Shown here in pieces: positions 43,798 through 53,606 of a stretch of 64,000 nt of DNA. The DNA lies in NCBI GenBank assembly GCA_021810635.1, contig JAJZIH010000011.1, positions 1,422 to 65,421 of the forward strand. Direction: 5' to 3'. A model generated the notes under the pieces. The model was not told the origin of the DNA, did not search any database, and saw only the letters and a program-made list of their open reading frames with translations. Position 1 is the first letter of the stretch. Every line of letters begins with the position of its first letter. The position numbers and the translations under genes are program-made. This DNA is from Pseudomonadota bacterium. GTDB lineage: Bacteria > Pseudomonadota > Gammaproteobacteria > JAKAQQ01.

Positions 43798-44872
43798 GGG
43801 CAGGTCCCTCGGCGAGCGCCGCCTCACGTTGAGCCCGGAGCGATTCGGGGAGTTCGGCGAAGGTGTAGTCGAACATGTCGGAGCAGGCCGGGCGACCATA
43901 GGCCTGATAGGACTGGACGGCCACATCGACCTGGCGCTGGCAGTCCTGGACGAGAGCCTCCTCGTCCTGGTCACTCCAGAGCTGGCGGGCGACGAGCAGG
44001 CGCCTGAGCCGGCCGATGGGTTCCTTTTTCTGCGCGTCCTCGACCTCCGTCGCGGACCGATAGCGCCGCGCATCGTCCGCCGTCGTGTGGTCCGACAACC
44101 GGTAGGTCAGGGCTTCGATCACGCTGGCACCGCCGCCGCCACGGGCTTTCTCCAGCGCTTCCGACACCGCCTCGTGAACCGCGAGCACGTCGTTGCCGTC
44201 GACCTGGAGGCCGGGCAGTCCTGCGGCGATGGCCTTCTGGGCCAGGGTCTCGCAGGCGGTCTGTGCCTTGAGGGGGACGGAAATCGCCCATTGATTGTTG
44301 GCAATCACGAAAACCGCGGGCAACTGGTAGACACCCGCCGCATTCAGGGATTCGTAAAAATCCCCCTGGGAGGTGCCGCCGTCCCCGATCACGGTCACCG
44401 CCACCCGCTTCTCCCCGCGCAGCTTGAAGGCCAGGGCGGCGCCGGCGGCATGCAGGGTCTGCGTGGCGATCGGGACCGCCCAGGGAAAATCGAGCGGCTG
44501 GTCCCGGAAGGTGGTTCCCCGTTCATCTCCCCCCCAGAACGCCAGGATCTCCTCCATGTGGACGCCCCGCCAGAGCTGGGTTCCATATTCCCGGTACATG
44601 GGAAAAAAGACGTCCTCCGGAGCCATCGCGGCGCCGATGGCGACATGGGTGGCCTCATGTCCCAGGCAGGAGGCATAGGTCCCGAGTTGCCCCGTCCGCT
44701 GGAGGGCGATGGCCTTGCTGTCGAAAATCCTGACCAGGACCATCATGCGATACAGTCGCTTGAGGAGGTCCGGATCCGAAGCGATGGCGGGTGGAGTGCC
44801 CGTGAGCCGTCCTTCCGGGGTGAGGTACGAGCGGTACTTGATTTCGAATCGGGCGGTGGTCGTGACGGACAA
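43790..44872 (-). CDS. 2-oxoacid dehydrogenase E1 component alpha subunit (TPP-dependent)
   Basis: TPP motif GDGGTSQGDFYESLN. 360 aa. TTG start as given by the ORF track. Confidence 0.8.
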   Translation of the reverse strand: MSVTTTARFEIKYRSYLTPEGRLTGTPPAIASDPDLLKRLYRMMVLVRIFDSKAIALQRTGQLGTYASCLGHEATHVAIGAAMAPEDVFFPMYREYGTQLWRGVHMEEILAFWGGDERGTTFRDQPLDFPWAVPIATQTLHAAGAALAFKLRGEKRVAVTVIGDGGTSQGDFYESLNAAGVYQLPAVFVIANNQWAISVPLKAQTACETLAQKAIAAGLPGLQVDGNDVLAVHEAVSEALEKARGGGGASVIEALTYRLSDHTTADDARRYRSATEVEDAQKKEPIGRLRRLLVARQLWSDQDEEALVQDCQRQVDVAVQSYQAYGRPACSDMFDYTFAELPESLRAQREAALAEGPARG

Positions 44873-44996
44873 TGCGGCTCTCCGGCAGGCGGACGCCGCT
44901 CATTATAAGTCGAAGGGGAATGGGCCGCCCCCGGTTTGACCGGGGTGGACGGGGGTGGCCGTCCGGTTGCGGTAGCATGGAAGAGGGGGTGCATCC

Positions 44997-45848
44997 ATGG
45001 CGAAACAGGCTCCACGTGATTCCGGCCGGGGCGCGGCACGGCCCGCCGCCGGCTATCCCGAGTATCTCGCACTCGAACGCCTGCTCGGTCTTCAGGTTCT
45101 CCGTTCCGGCCACGAAGGCAGCGACGAGCTCCTGTTCATCCTGGTGCACCAGATTTCCGAGCTTTGGTTCAAGCTGGTCCTTCATGAATTGGATCAGGCC
45201 GGCGGGGATTTCGATCGCGACCGGCTTCCGCAGGCCTGCAAGCGCCTGTCCCGGTGCGAGGTCGCGTTCGAGCAGCTGGCCGGGATCTGGCAGATGCTTG
45301 AGACGATGACCCCGAGCGATTACCGTGCCTTTCGACACGCGCTCGGGCAGGCATCCGGCTCGCAGTCGTTCCAGTTCAAAGCCATCGAGTACGCGCTGGG
45401 GTATCGCGAGTCGGAATCTCCAAACGGGCAGGCCCCGCCGCCAGGACCGGGGCAGGATCTCCTGGCCCGCTGGCGGGCCCGTCCGGGTGTCTACGAGCGG
45501 TTCCTCGCCGCCCTGGCCCGGGCGGGGTACGACCTGCCGGCGGATGGACCCCAACGGACACCGGCGGGTGACGACCCGCGCATCCGGGCGATTCTGGCCA
45601 GGGTCTACCGGAATCCCGAACGCCACTGGGTCGTCTACGAGACCGCGGAAAAATTCATGGATGTCGAGGAGGCCATCCAGCGGTGGCGGTTTCGGCATGT
45701 GCGCGCGGTCGAACGCACGATCGGGGATCTGCCGGGCACCGGTGGCACGAGCGGGGTCGGGTTTCTGACGGCTACGCTCAACCGCCGGTTTTTCCCGGAA
45801 ATCCGGGCCGTTCGATCGGATCTCTATGGGGATGGTGACGGGGAGTGA
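44997..45848 (+). CDS. kynA: Tryptophan 2,3-dioxygenase
   Basis: DELLFILVHQISELWFKL and SGSQSFQFKAIE motifs typical of bacterial TDO. 283 aa. Confidence 0.85.
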   Translation: MAKQAPRDSGRGAARPAAGYPEYLALERLLGLQVLRSGHEGSDELLFILVHQISELWFKLVLHELDQAGGDFDRDRLPQACKRLSRCEVAFEQLAGIWQMLETMTPSDYRAFRHALGQASGSQSFQFKAIEYALGYRESESPNGQAPPPGPGQDLLARWRARPGVYERFLAALARAGYDLPADGPQRTPAGDDPRIRAILARVYRNPERHWVVYETAEKFMDVEEAIQRWRFRHVRAVERTIGDLPGTGGTSGVGFLTATLNRRFFPEIRAVRSDLYGDGDGE

Positions 45849-45886
45849 GGCGGGGCCGCTATAATGGGTTCGGGTTCCATGACGAG

Positions 45887-46945
45887 ATGCCCATGACCTT
45901 GAAACGCGATAATCCGCTGGGAACCGACGGTTTCGAGTTTGTCGAATTCGCCGCCGCCGATCCGGAACCCTTGCGCCGCCTTTTCGAAGCCCTGGGTTTC
46001 GTGGCCACCGCCCGCCATCGCCGTCTCCGGATCACCCGTTACCAGCAAGGAGATGCCAACCTGCTCCTCAACGAGGAGCCCTCCGGGTTCGCCGGCACTT
46101 TTGCGAAAACCCACGGGCCGGGGGCCTGTGGATTCGCCATTCGCATCCGTGATGCGCGTCAGGCCGCCGCCCGGGCGGTGGGGCGGGGTGCCCGGCCAGT
46201 CCCTCCGTCTCCGGACTACGCCATGGAGGTGCCGGTCGTCGAGGGCGTGGGCGGTTCCCTGTTGTATCTGGTCGAGCGTTACGGATCGGACCGTGCCTAC
46301 GAAGCGGACTATGAACCCCTCGCCGTTGACGCAGACCGGATCCGGGGCCGCGGGATTCTCGCCATCGACCATCTCACCCACAACGTGGAACGGGGTCAGA
46401 TGGATGTCTGGGCGTCCTTCTACGAGCGGATCTTCAAATTCCATGAAGCGCATTATTTCGACATCAAGGGCGTGAAGACCGGACTCCTCTCGCGCGCCAT
46501 GACCAGTCCGGACGGCCGGGTCCGCATTCCCATCAACGAATCGGCCGACGACCAGTCCCAGATCGCCGAATTCATCCGGGATTACCATGGGCCCGGCATC
46601 CAGCATATCGCGCTCGGAACGGAGGACATCTACCGGACGGTGGAGGCTCTGCGCCAGGCCGGCGTCCGTTTTCTGGATACGTCTTCGACCTACTACGAAA
46701 TGGTGCCGGAGCGGATTCCCAACCACGGCGAGGACCTGAAACGCCTGGAGGCGGACCGGTTGCTGATTGATGCCGATCCCGAGGATCAGGGAAAGATCCT
46801 GCTCCAGATCTTTACCGAGCCCGTCATTGGTCCCATCTTCTTCGAGGTGATCCAGCGCAAGGGCAACGAGGGTTTCGGGGAGGGTAACTTCCGTGCCCTG
46901 TTCCTGGCCATGGAGCGTGACCAGGAACGACGCGGGCGGCTTTGA
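45887..46945 (+). CDS. hppD: 4-hydroxyphenylpyruvate dioxygenase
   Basis: Collinear with Pseudomonas HPPD: GFEFVEFAA..., IDHLTHNV, GIQHIALGT, and C-terminal FFEVIQRKGNEGFGEGNFRALF. Confidence 0.9.
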   Translation: MPMTLKRDNPLGTDGFEFVEFAAADPEPLRRLFEALGFVATARHRRLRITRYQQGDANLLLNEEPSGFAGTFAKTHGPGACGFAIRIRDARQAAARAVGRGARPVPPSPDYAMEVPVVEGVGGSLLYLVERYGSDRAYEADYEPLAVDADRIRGRGILAIDHLTHNVERGQMDVWASFYERIFKFHEAHYFDIKGVKTGLLSRAMTSPDGRVRIPINESADDQSQIAEFIRDYHGPGIQHIALGTEDIYRTVEALRQAGVRFLDTSSTYYEMVPERIPNHGEDLKRLEADRLLIDADPEDQGKILLQIFTEPVIGPIFFEVIQRKGNEGFGEGNFRALFLAMERDQERRGRL

Positions 46946-46956
46946 AGGAGACCTCC

Positions 46957-48081
46957 ATGCCCCAGTCGAACGCACCCGTCTGGATGGAAGGGGAAACGTC
47001 CCGGCAGGCCCATACGGATCTCCCGGATGGCAGCTTCGAGCGTGAACTCGGCCGCGAGGGATTTTATGGACCCGTGAGCCACATGTACCACCGGCACCCC
47101 CCGACCGGCTGGTCCGGTTTCGAAGGGCCGTTGCGTCCGCGTGCGTTCGACGGCACCCGGATCGTCCAGACGCCCGCCTCCCCCATGGAGGCGGATGTCC
47201 TGTTCGGCAACCCGGCGCTCCTGTTCCGCTACTGGAAGACGGACCGTACGATGGACCATCTCGTGCGCAACAGCGATGGGGATGAACTCCTGTTCGTGCA
47301 TGAGGGGGCCCTGGAGTGGTTCTGCGATTACGGCCGTCTGGCCCTCGTGGCCGGCGATTACGTCTTGGTTCCCCGGGGCACGCTCTGGCGCTTCGAGACG
47401 GTGCGACCGGTCACCCTCCTCCTGATCGAGGCCACCAATTGTTCCCTGCACCTGCCGGACCGGGGGCTTCTCGGGCCGACTGCACTCTACGATCCGGCCG
47501 TGCTCGACCATCCCCGCATCGATGAAGTCTTTCGCCGCCAGCAGACGGAAGACCCGTGGACGGTCATTGTGAAGAAACGCCACCAGTTGTCCAAGATTCA
47601 CTATCCCTTCAATCCCCTCGATGCGCTCGGCTGGCATGGAACCAATGCGCCCCTCAGGCTCAACTGGCGGGACATCCGGCCCATCATGAGCCATCGCTAC
47701 CATGTTCCGCCCTCCGCCCACACCACGTTTGTTTCCGAACGCTTCGTGGTCTGCACCTTCGTGCCACGCCCCTTCGAGACCGACCCCAAGGCCATCAAAG
47801 TGCCTTTCTTCCACAGCAACGAAGACTACGACGAGATCATTTTCTACCATGCCGGCGAGTTCTTCTCACGGGATAACATTCATCCCGGAATGATGACGCT
47901 GCATCCTTCCGGAGTGACCCACGGCCCGCATCCCAAGGCCCTCAAGAACATTTACGAGCCCAAGACGGCGGGAACCAACGAGGTTGCGGTCAATGTGGAT
48001 ACGCGCGATCCACTGGAAGTGGGAGAGGCGGCCCGGGCCATCGAATGGCCGGAATATGCCGGTTCGTGGAAAGCACCCTGA
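46957..48081 (+). CDS. hmgA: Homogentisate 1,2-dioxygenase family protein (short form)
   Basis: Cupin core with FHSNEDYDEIIFYHAG...LHPSGVTHGPHP. AAGGAG Shine-Dalgarno 7 nt upstream of the ATG at 46957. Pathway context between hppD and the FAH gene. Confidence 0.7.
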   Translation: MPQSNAPVWMEGETSRQAHTDLPDGSFERELGREGFYGPVSHMYHRHPPTGWSGFEGPLRPRAFDGTRIVQTPASPMEADVLFGNPALLFRYWKTDRTMDHLVRNSDGDELLFVHEGALEWFCDYGRLALVAGDYVLVPRGTLWRFETVRPVTLLLIEATNCSLHLPDRGLLGPTALYDPAVLDHPRIDEVFRRQQTEDPWTVIVKKRHQLSKIHYPFNPLDALGWHGTNAPLRLNWRDIRPIMSHRYHVPPSAHTTFVSERFVVCTFVPRPFETDPKAIKVPFFHSNEDYDEIIFYHAGEFFSRDNIHPGMMTLHPSGVTHGPHPKALKNIYEPKTAGTNEVAVNVDTRDPLEVGEAARAIEWPEYAGSWKAP

Positions 48082-48111
48082 GCCCATGGGCGCTGCCGGC
48101 CGGAACCATCC

Positions 48112-49089
48112 TTGAAACTGGCGAGCCTCGCGGGTGACGGACGCGATGGAATGCTCGCCGTCGTTTCGGGTGACCTGACGCGGATCCGCCGCGTCCCGGA
48201 GATCGCCCCCTCCCTCCGCCAGGCGCTCGAACAATGGACCCGGGTCGAACCCGCTCTCCTCCGCGTGGCGGCGGACCTCGAACGGGGCAGGGGCCCGGAC
48301 GAACCGTTCCCGTGGACCCAGGCGTGCGCCTGTCTGCCCCGTGCCTTCCAGTTTGTGGACGGCAGCGCCTACCTGGCGCATGTCGAGCGGGTACGACGGG
48401 CCCGCGGAGTGGAGATGCCGCCCAGCTTCAGGGTTGACCCCCTGATGTACCAGGCGGTCAGCGACCGCTTCCTCGGTCCCCAGGAGCCGGTTCCGGTCGC
48501 CGACGAATCCTTTGGGATTGATCTCGAAGCCGAGGTCGGCGTGATCGTCGATGACGTCCCGATGGGTGTCCGGCCGACGGCCGCGGAATCGCACATCCGG
48601 TTGATCACCCTGATCAACGATCTTTCGCTGCGCCACCTCATCCCTGGCGAACTGGCCAAGGGATTCGGCTTCCTGCAGGGCAAACCCCTCTCCTCGCTGG
48701 CGGCGCTCGCGGTGACCCCGGACGAGTTCGGCCCCGACTGGCGGGAGGCGCGGGTCCACGGCCCGCTGTGTTCCACAGTCAACGGCGTCCGGCTTGGCGA
48801 TCCCGATGCCGGGGTCGACATGCAGTTCGGTTTTGACGAACTCGTCGCCCATGCCGCCCGGACCCGGCCGCTCGGGGCGGGGACGCTCGTGGGTTCGGGA
48901 ACCGTGGCGAACCAGGACCCGGAACGGGGTTGTTCGTGCCTGGCGGAACGCCGGGTCCTCGAAGTTCTGTCCGGAGGGGAACCGCGAACGCCCTTCCTGC
49001 GTTTTGGAGACCGGATCCGCATCGAAATGCTCGACCGTGGGGGGCGTTCGATTTTCGGTGCCATCGAGCAGACCATCGTCCGTGGCTGA
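48112..49089 (+). CDS. Fumarylacetoacetate hydrolase family protein
   Basis: TTG start. The N-terminus (M)KLASLAGDGRDGMLAVVSGDL is typical of FAH-family enzymes. Pathway context. Confidence 0.75.
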   Translation: MKLASLAGDGRDGMLAVVSGDLTRIRRVPEIAPSLRQALEQWTRVEPALLRVAADLERGRGPDEPFPWTQACACLPRAFQFVDGSAYLAHVERVRRARGVEMPPSFRVDPLMYQAVSDRFLGPQEPVPVADESFGIDLEAEVGVIVDDVPMGVRPTAAESHIRLITLINDLSLRHLIPGELAKGFGFLQGKPLSSLAALAVTPDEFGPDWREARVHGPLCSTVNGVRLGDPDAGVDMQFGFDELVAHAARTRPLGAGTLVGSGTVANQDPERGCSCLAERRVLEVLSGGEPRTPFLRFGDRIRIEMLDRGGRSIFGAIEQTIVRG

Positions 49090-49096
49090 TGCCGGC

Positions 49097-49741
49097 ATGG
49101 AACTCTACGGTTACTTCCGCAGTTCGGCGGCCTGGCGGGTTCGCATCGGGCTCCATTACAAGCAGCTGACCGCCATCCCGCGGAGCGTGCACCTGCTTCG
49201 CTCCGGCGGTGAGCAGCATGCGCGAGCCTACCTTGAGCTCAACCCGCAGGGGCTGGTGCCGACCCTGGTCGACGGTGGACGGGTCTTGACCCAGTCGCTG
49301 GCGATCCTCGAGTATCTTGAGGAGACCCGCCCCATCCCGCCCCTCTTGCCCCAGGATGCCACCGCTCGCGCATCCATCCGGAGCTGGGCCCTGGCCATCG
49401 CCTGTGACATTCATCCGCTCAATAACTTGCGGGTTCTGCAGTATCTCGAGCGGGAGCTCGGCCAGCCCGAGGCCGCGCGCCGTACCTGGTACCGCCACTG
49501 GGTCATCCGCGGGCTTGAGGCGCTCGAGTCCGAGATCGCACGGACCCGTCCGGACGATTCCTTCTGCTGGGGCGAGACCCCGACCCTGGCCGACGTTTGC
49601 CTGGTTCCGCAGTTGTATAACGCCAGGCGCTACGGGGTCGACCTCGCGCCGTATCCGCGCCTGGTCCGGGCGGAACAGGCGTGTTTCGCGCACGATGCGT
49701 TTGCCCTGACCGCCCCTGAACGGCAACCCGATGCCTCCTAG
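49097..49741 (+). CDS. maiA: Maleylacetoacetate isomerase (zeta-class GST)
   Basis: MELYGYFRSSAAWRVRIGL...LNPQGLVPTL...SLAILEYLEE is the canonical MaiA N-terminal domain. Confidence 0.9.
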   Translation: MELYGYFRSSAAWRVRIGLHYKQLTAIPRSVHLLRSGGEQHARAYLELNPQGLVPTLVDGGRVLTQSLAILEYLEETRPIPPLLPQDATARASIRSWALAIACDIHPLNNLRVLQYLERELGQPEAARRTWYRHWVIRGLEALESEIARTRPDDSFCWGETPTLADVCLVPQLYNARRYGVDLAPYPRLVRAEQACFAHDAFALTAPERQPDAS

Positions 49742-52195
49742 GTGCCCCCGATGACTCCCCTCTGGTCGTTCGCCGGATTCTGGATCGTGCTTGCGTTGGG
49801 CGGGGCGGTCTGTGCCCTCTACTGGGGATGGTCACGCTGGCTTTGGGGGACCGGGCTCACGCTCCTTCTGTTCGGGGCCACGATCTTCTGGACAACCACT
49901 TGGTTGAACCTGCTCGTGATCTGGATCCTCATCCTGGCGTTCCTGCTCGCGGTCAACCGGCCGGAATTCCGGCGCTGGATCGTGATGGATCGTCTCTATC
50001 GCCATTACCGCCATCGTGCCGCCCCACCCGAGTCGAGCCCGCGGCCGCAGGTGGAACCCACGCTCGGGTGGTTTACTGGCTTTGTCACCGACCGCCTGCG
50101 GTTCACCCGGGCCGTGCAGCCGGTTTCGCCCCCGGCTCCGGACGATCCCGAACGGATCTGGCTCGAGTCTTTCCCCGCGAGACTGGAAGCCTGTCTTCGG
50201 TCCCTGCCGACGCAGGATCGCATCGCCCGAAGCGGTGGCTGGTCCGGTACCTTTTCCGAACTGGATCTCTGGCGGCTTGCGCTTCCTGCGGAGGGGAATG
50301 GCGCCGTGATTTCGATGGCCGGCCGGAGCCGGGTACTGGCGCAGCTCGCGGCACGGGAACCGGCCTGGGCCCTTTTGGCCGCCCGGACCGTCTTTTCAGG
50401 CAGTTATGAGTTGCTGGCCCTTTTGGCCGACCAGCCATCCGTGCCGCCCATCCTGCACCGGTTGGCGACGGGCCGGAGCGTGGCCGCGTTGGTTGACTGG
50501 ACGCCTGCGGAGCAGGCCTTGAGGCCTGGAGAAGGCGTGGTGGAGAGAGCGCGCTCCGGTGAGCGGGACAACGTGGTGGGGATCCGGCTCGAGGGGGAGC
50601 AGTGGGGAACCTGGATGGCCGAGGGGATCGATCTCGTTCTGCTCGCCTTTCGCCTGTCCGACCCGCAGCACCTTCTGGATGACCGGGGTGACCGTCCGCG
50701 GGTGGCCATTGCGCTCATGGATCGCGAGAATCCCTCCCTGGACTGGCATCTCATGGCTCGGCGGGGAGGACTTGAGGCCTATCGGCTGAGGGTGGTTTCA
50801 ACCTTCCTGCCCTGGGATCAGGTTCTCGTGGTTCAGGGGGAAGCGTTCAGCCGGGATCCGGTCGAGTCCGTCCGCCGCTTTTTCAGGGACCGCATGGAAC
50901 TCAACCGCCGGGCCATGGCGCTGGGGGTGGCCCAGGCCTTTCTCGACGAAGCGAGCCGCTGGACGACCTTTCTCGAGGCGGGATCGCGATCGGTGGCCCC
51001 GCCTCGCCCGGCGGATCTATCGGCCGGGGTGGAGATGGTCTGGGCACTCGATCAACGCATCCACGCGGAGCTCACCCACTGGCAGGAGCCGTTCGGCCGG
51101 CCGGTGGAGCTGACCGTTTTCGATCCGGATGACGAACCCGATCTGCTTTCCCGCCTGTCCCATCGGCAGGCCGGCATTCTGGGTGCACCGGGTCTCGCCG
51201 GACCCTTCGGTCGCCTGACGGAGGAACGGGTCCGTCTGATCCTCTGGATTGAGGCCGGGCTCTTTTTCGGAACCGGCCAACGGGATGAGCGAGACCCCAG
51301 CGGGCTGCTCGCCATGCTGCACGGCGTGGCCGTGAAGGAGCGGCTGGCCCTTCGAAAGCCGGTTGCCCGCGAGGGCGAGGCCCAGTTCGACCGTCTGATG
51401 ACCCAGCATGTGGGTCGACTGCTGCATCACGCGACCCGGGCTTCGGTCAGGACCCTGTTCCCGCTCGTGCTGCCTCTGAGAACCGGTCAGCGGGACAAAA
51501 CCGGCCGCGAGGCGGCGCGTCGCCTGGCCCGTGCCTCCTCGACCTTTTCCTTTCTCCTGGACGCTTATTATCTGACCAGCGACGGTTTGGTGGGGGGGCG
51601 GGAGGGAAAGCTGGCCGACTTGGCGAGCCAGGTGCTGTCCGAAGCGTTCTTCGCGGGCCTGTCCCTTGAGACCTGGCGGCAACGGCCGCCGGATGATCCC
51701 CTGCGCCGGGTGCAGTCCATCGCCCTGGAACGATCCCTGGGACGGATGGAGGAGGCCATCGACCGGTTCCGAACCGAGTTTCCACCCGGCCACCTGCGCC
51801 TGTGGGTTCACTGGGTCCTGTTGAGGAGATTGCGCCACCGCTCGGGTCTCCGGGATGACGGGACGGATCTGGCCGACCTCGTCCGCTTTCCCGGGGCCGC
51901 GCGCAACGCCTTGCTGTATCTCCGTCCGCGAACCGAGGACGATCCCTCGGGATCCGGCCTGGGGCTTTTCGAAAAACTGGCGGCGATTGTGGCCATTGTT
52001 GCGCGGCTCCGGACCGCCGTCGAGCAGGGGTTGATTGCGGGGGCGACCTCACGGGAGATCCTCTCCCAGGCGGTGGCCCGAGGTCTCATCAGCGCGCCGG
52101 AAAGCGAGGAAGTCGAAGCCGCCTGGACGGGATTCCGGACATGGCTTGAAAGCGGGAGCATCGCCTCGGGGACTTCGTCGCTCCCGATGGGTTGA
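49742..52195 (+). CDS. FadE-like (acyl-CoA dehydrogenase with DUF1974 tail) membrane-anchored protein, highly diverged
   Basis: 817 aa versus 814 aa for E. coli FadE, with the same N-terminal hydrophobic segments. Collinear islands include LLAFRLSDPQHLL vs LAFKLSDPEKLL, and RLARASSTFSFLLD...ADLASQVLSEAFF...RFRTEFP vs RLSANLALLSD...GDILSQLYLASAV...LLQNFP (E. coli recalled from memory). Confidence 0.45.
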   Translation: MPPMTPLWSFAGFWIVLALGGAVCALYWGWSRWLWGTGLTLLLFGATIFWTTTWLNLLVIWILILAFLLAVNRPEFRRWIVMDRLYRHYRHRAAPPESSPRPQVEPTLGWFTGFVTDRLRFTRAVQPVSPPAPDDPERIWLESFPARLEACLRSLPTQDRIARSGGWSGTFSELDLWRLALPAEGNGAVISMAGRSRVLAQLAAREPAWALLAARTVFSGSYELLALLADQPSVPPILHRLATGRSVAALVDWTPAEQALRPGEGVVERARSGERDNVVGIRLEGEQWGTWMAEGIDLVLLAFRLSDPQHLLDDRGDRPRVAIALMDRENPSLDWHLMARRGGLEAYRLRVVSTFLPWDQVLVVQGEAFSRDPVESVRRFFRDRMELNRRAMALGVAQAFLDEASRWTTFLEAGSRSVAPPRPADLSAGVEMVWALDQRIHAELTHWQEPFGRPVELTVFDPDDEPDLLSRLSHRQAGILGAPGLAGPFGRLTEERVRLILWIEAGLFFGTGQRDERDPSGLLAMLHGVAVKERLALRKPVAREGEAQFDRLMTQHVGRLLHHATRASVRTLFPLVLPLRTGQRDKTGREAARRLARASSTFSFLLDAYYLTSDGLVGGREGKLADLASQVLSEAFFAGLSLETWRQRPPDDPLRRVQSIALERSLGRMEEAIDRFRTEFPPGHLRLWVHWVLLRRLRHRSGLRDDGTDLADLVRFPGAARNALLYLRPRTEDDPSGSGLGLFEKLAAIVAIVARLRTAVEQGLIAGATSREILSQAVARGLISAPESEEVEAAWTGFRTWLESGSIASGTSSLPMG

Positions 52196-52277
52196 TGGTT
52201 CGGGGGGCCAGGGGAAAGGGAACCCCCTCGAATCGACACTCCCGGGCGAGTCCCAAACCGGGTTAAGCCCGATCCGG

Positions 52278-53606
52278 TTAATCGATGCCGAGTTTCTTGA
52301 GCCGATAGCGGAACTGCCTGAAACTGATGCCGAGATGGTGCGCGGTCGCGGTTTTATTGCCCCCGTTTTCCCGCAGGGCCTGGAGGATCCGGTCCTTCTC
52401 GAGTTCTTTGAGGTAGACCGGGAGGGGATGCAGGTGGGTCCGTTCAGGGACCGGGATTCTCTCCGATTTCCTCAGGTGAATGTCGCCACCGTGGATGACT
52501 TCTCCTTCACAGAGGGTGAGCGCCCGTTCGAGGATGTTCTCGAGCTCGCGGATGTTGCCCGGGTAATCGTAGGCCTGAAGTCGTGACAGGGCATCCGGCG
52601 CCAAGGTGACGGTCCGGTCCAGGGTCAGGCGCGAGACCAGTGCGGGAGCGATCTGCCCGATATCTCCCAGTCGTTCCCTGAGCGGTGGGACGGACATTTC
52701 GATCACGACCAGCCGATAATACAGGTCCTCGCGGAACCGACCCTGCGCAACCGCCTCCTGCAGGTTGCGGTGCGAGGCCGAAATGATCCTGACATCCACC
52801 GGGATCTCCTGGGACATTCCGAGGGGACGGATGGTTTTTTCCTGGATGAAGCGCAGGAGCTTGACCTGCATCGCGAGGGGAAGTTCTGACACCTCGTCAA
52901 GGAACAAACTGCCGCCCTCTGCACTGCGGATGAGCCCCGGCTGATCGGAAACCGCACCCGTGAAGGCCCCTCGTTTGTATCCGAAGAGTTCACTTTCGAG
53001 CAGCTCGCCCGGAATGGCTCCACAGTTGATCGGAACGAAGGGTCGGTCGTGGCGGGGCCCGTTGGCATGGATGAGTCGGCTGACCAGTTCCTTGCCGGTT
53101 CCGGTTTCACCATAGATGTGGACCGGGGCTTGGCTGCGGGCGACCCGCATGATCAGCGCGCGGAGTTCCCGGATGGTCGGATGTTCTCCGATCAGTTGAT
53201 TGCCGGCCGGGGGTTGCCCGCGGGCCATGCGGATGGCACTGGCGACGAGTTGCCGGAGAACCGTGAGATCGACCGGCTTGGTCAGAAAGTCGAAGGCCCC
53301 CAACTTGAGGGCACGGACGGCGACCTCGATGCTGGCATGGGCCGTGAGGACCGCCACACTGGTGTCCGGTGTGTTCTGGGTGATCCATTCGACGAGATCC
53401 AGGCCGTTTCCGTCAGGTAGCTTGAGATCGAGAAGACAGAACGCATACGGTTTCTGGCGCAGCTCTTGGCGAGCGCCTTCCAGAGTGCCGGCGCCGACAC
53501 TCTCGATGCCCATCCGCTTGAGGGTGAGCCCGATCAGTTCAACCAGATCGGGTTCATCATCGACAATCAGGATCCGGGGGGGGGTTGCGGGATCGTGTCG
53601 GTTCAT
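52278..53606 (-). CDS. pilR: Sigma54-dependent response regulator PilR
   Basis: REC domain ILIVDDEPDLVEL...LDLKLPDGNGLDLV...GAFDFLTKPVDL closely parallels P. aeruginosa PilR. AAA+ sigma54-interaction domain (GETGTGKE, GAFTGA). C-terminal Fis-type HTH. Coupled to pilS. Confidence 0.8.
   Translation of the reverse strand: MNRHDPATPPRILIVDDEPDLVELIGLTLKRMGIESVGAGTLEGARQELRQKPYAFCLLDLKLPDGNGLDLVEWITQNTPDTSVAVLTAHASIEVAVRALKLGAFDFLTKPVDLTVLRQLVASAIRMARGQPPAGNQLIGEHPTIRELRALIMRVARSQAPVHIYGETGTGKELVSRLIHANGPRHDRPFVPINCGAIPGELLESELFGYKRGAFTGAVSDQPGLIRSAEGGSLFLDEVSELPLAMQVKLLRFIQEKTIRPLGMSQEIPVDVRIISASHRNLQEAVAQGRFREDLYYRLVVIEMSVPPLRERLGDIGQIAPALVSRLTLDRTVTLAPDALSRLQAYDYPGNIRELENILERALTLCEGEVIHGGDIHLRKSERIPVPERTHLHPLPVYLKELEKDRILQALRENGGNKTATAHHLGISFRQFRYRLKKLGID

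Noticed and set aside
52197-52234. Possible bidirectional terminator between the FadE-like gene and pilR
   Set aside because: The G-rich/C-rich arms (TTCGGGGGG ... CCCCCTCGAA) pair only with a bulge, and there is no T/A tract on either side. The evidence is too weak to call.
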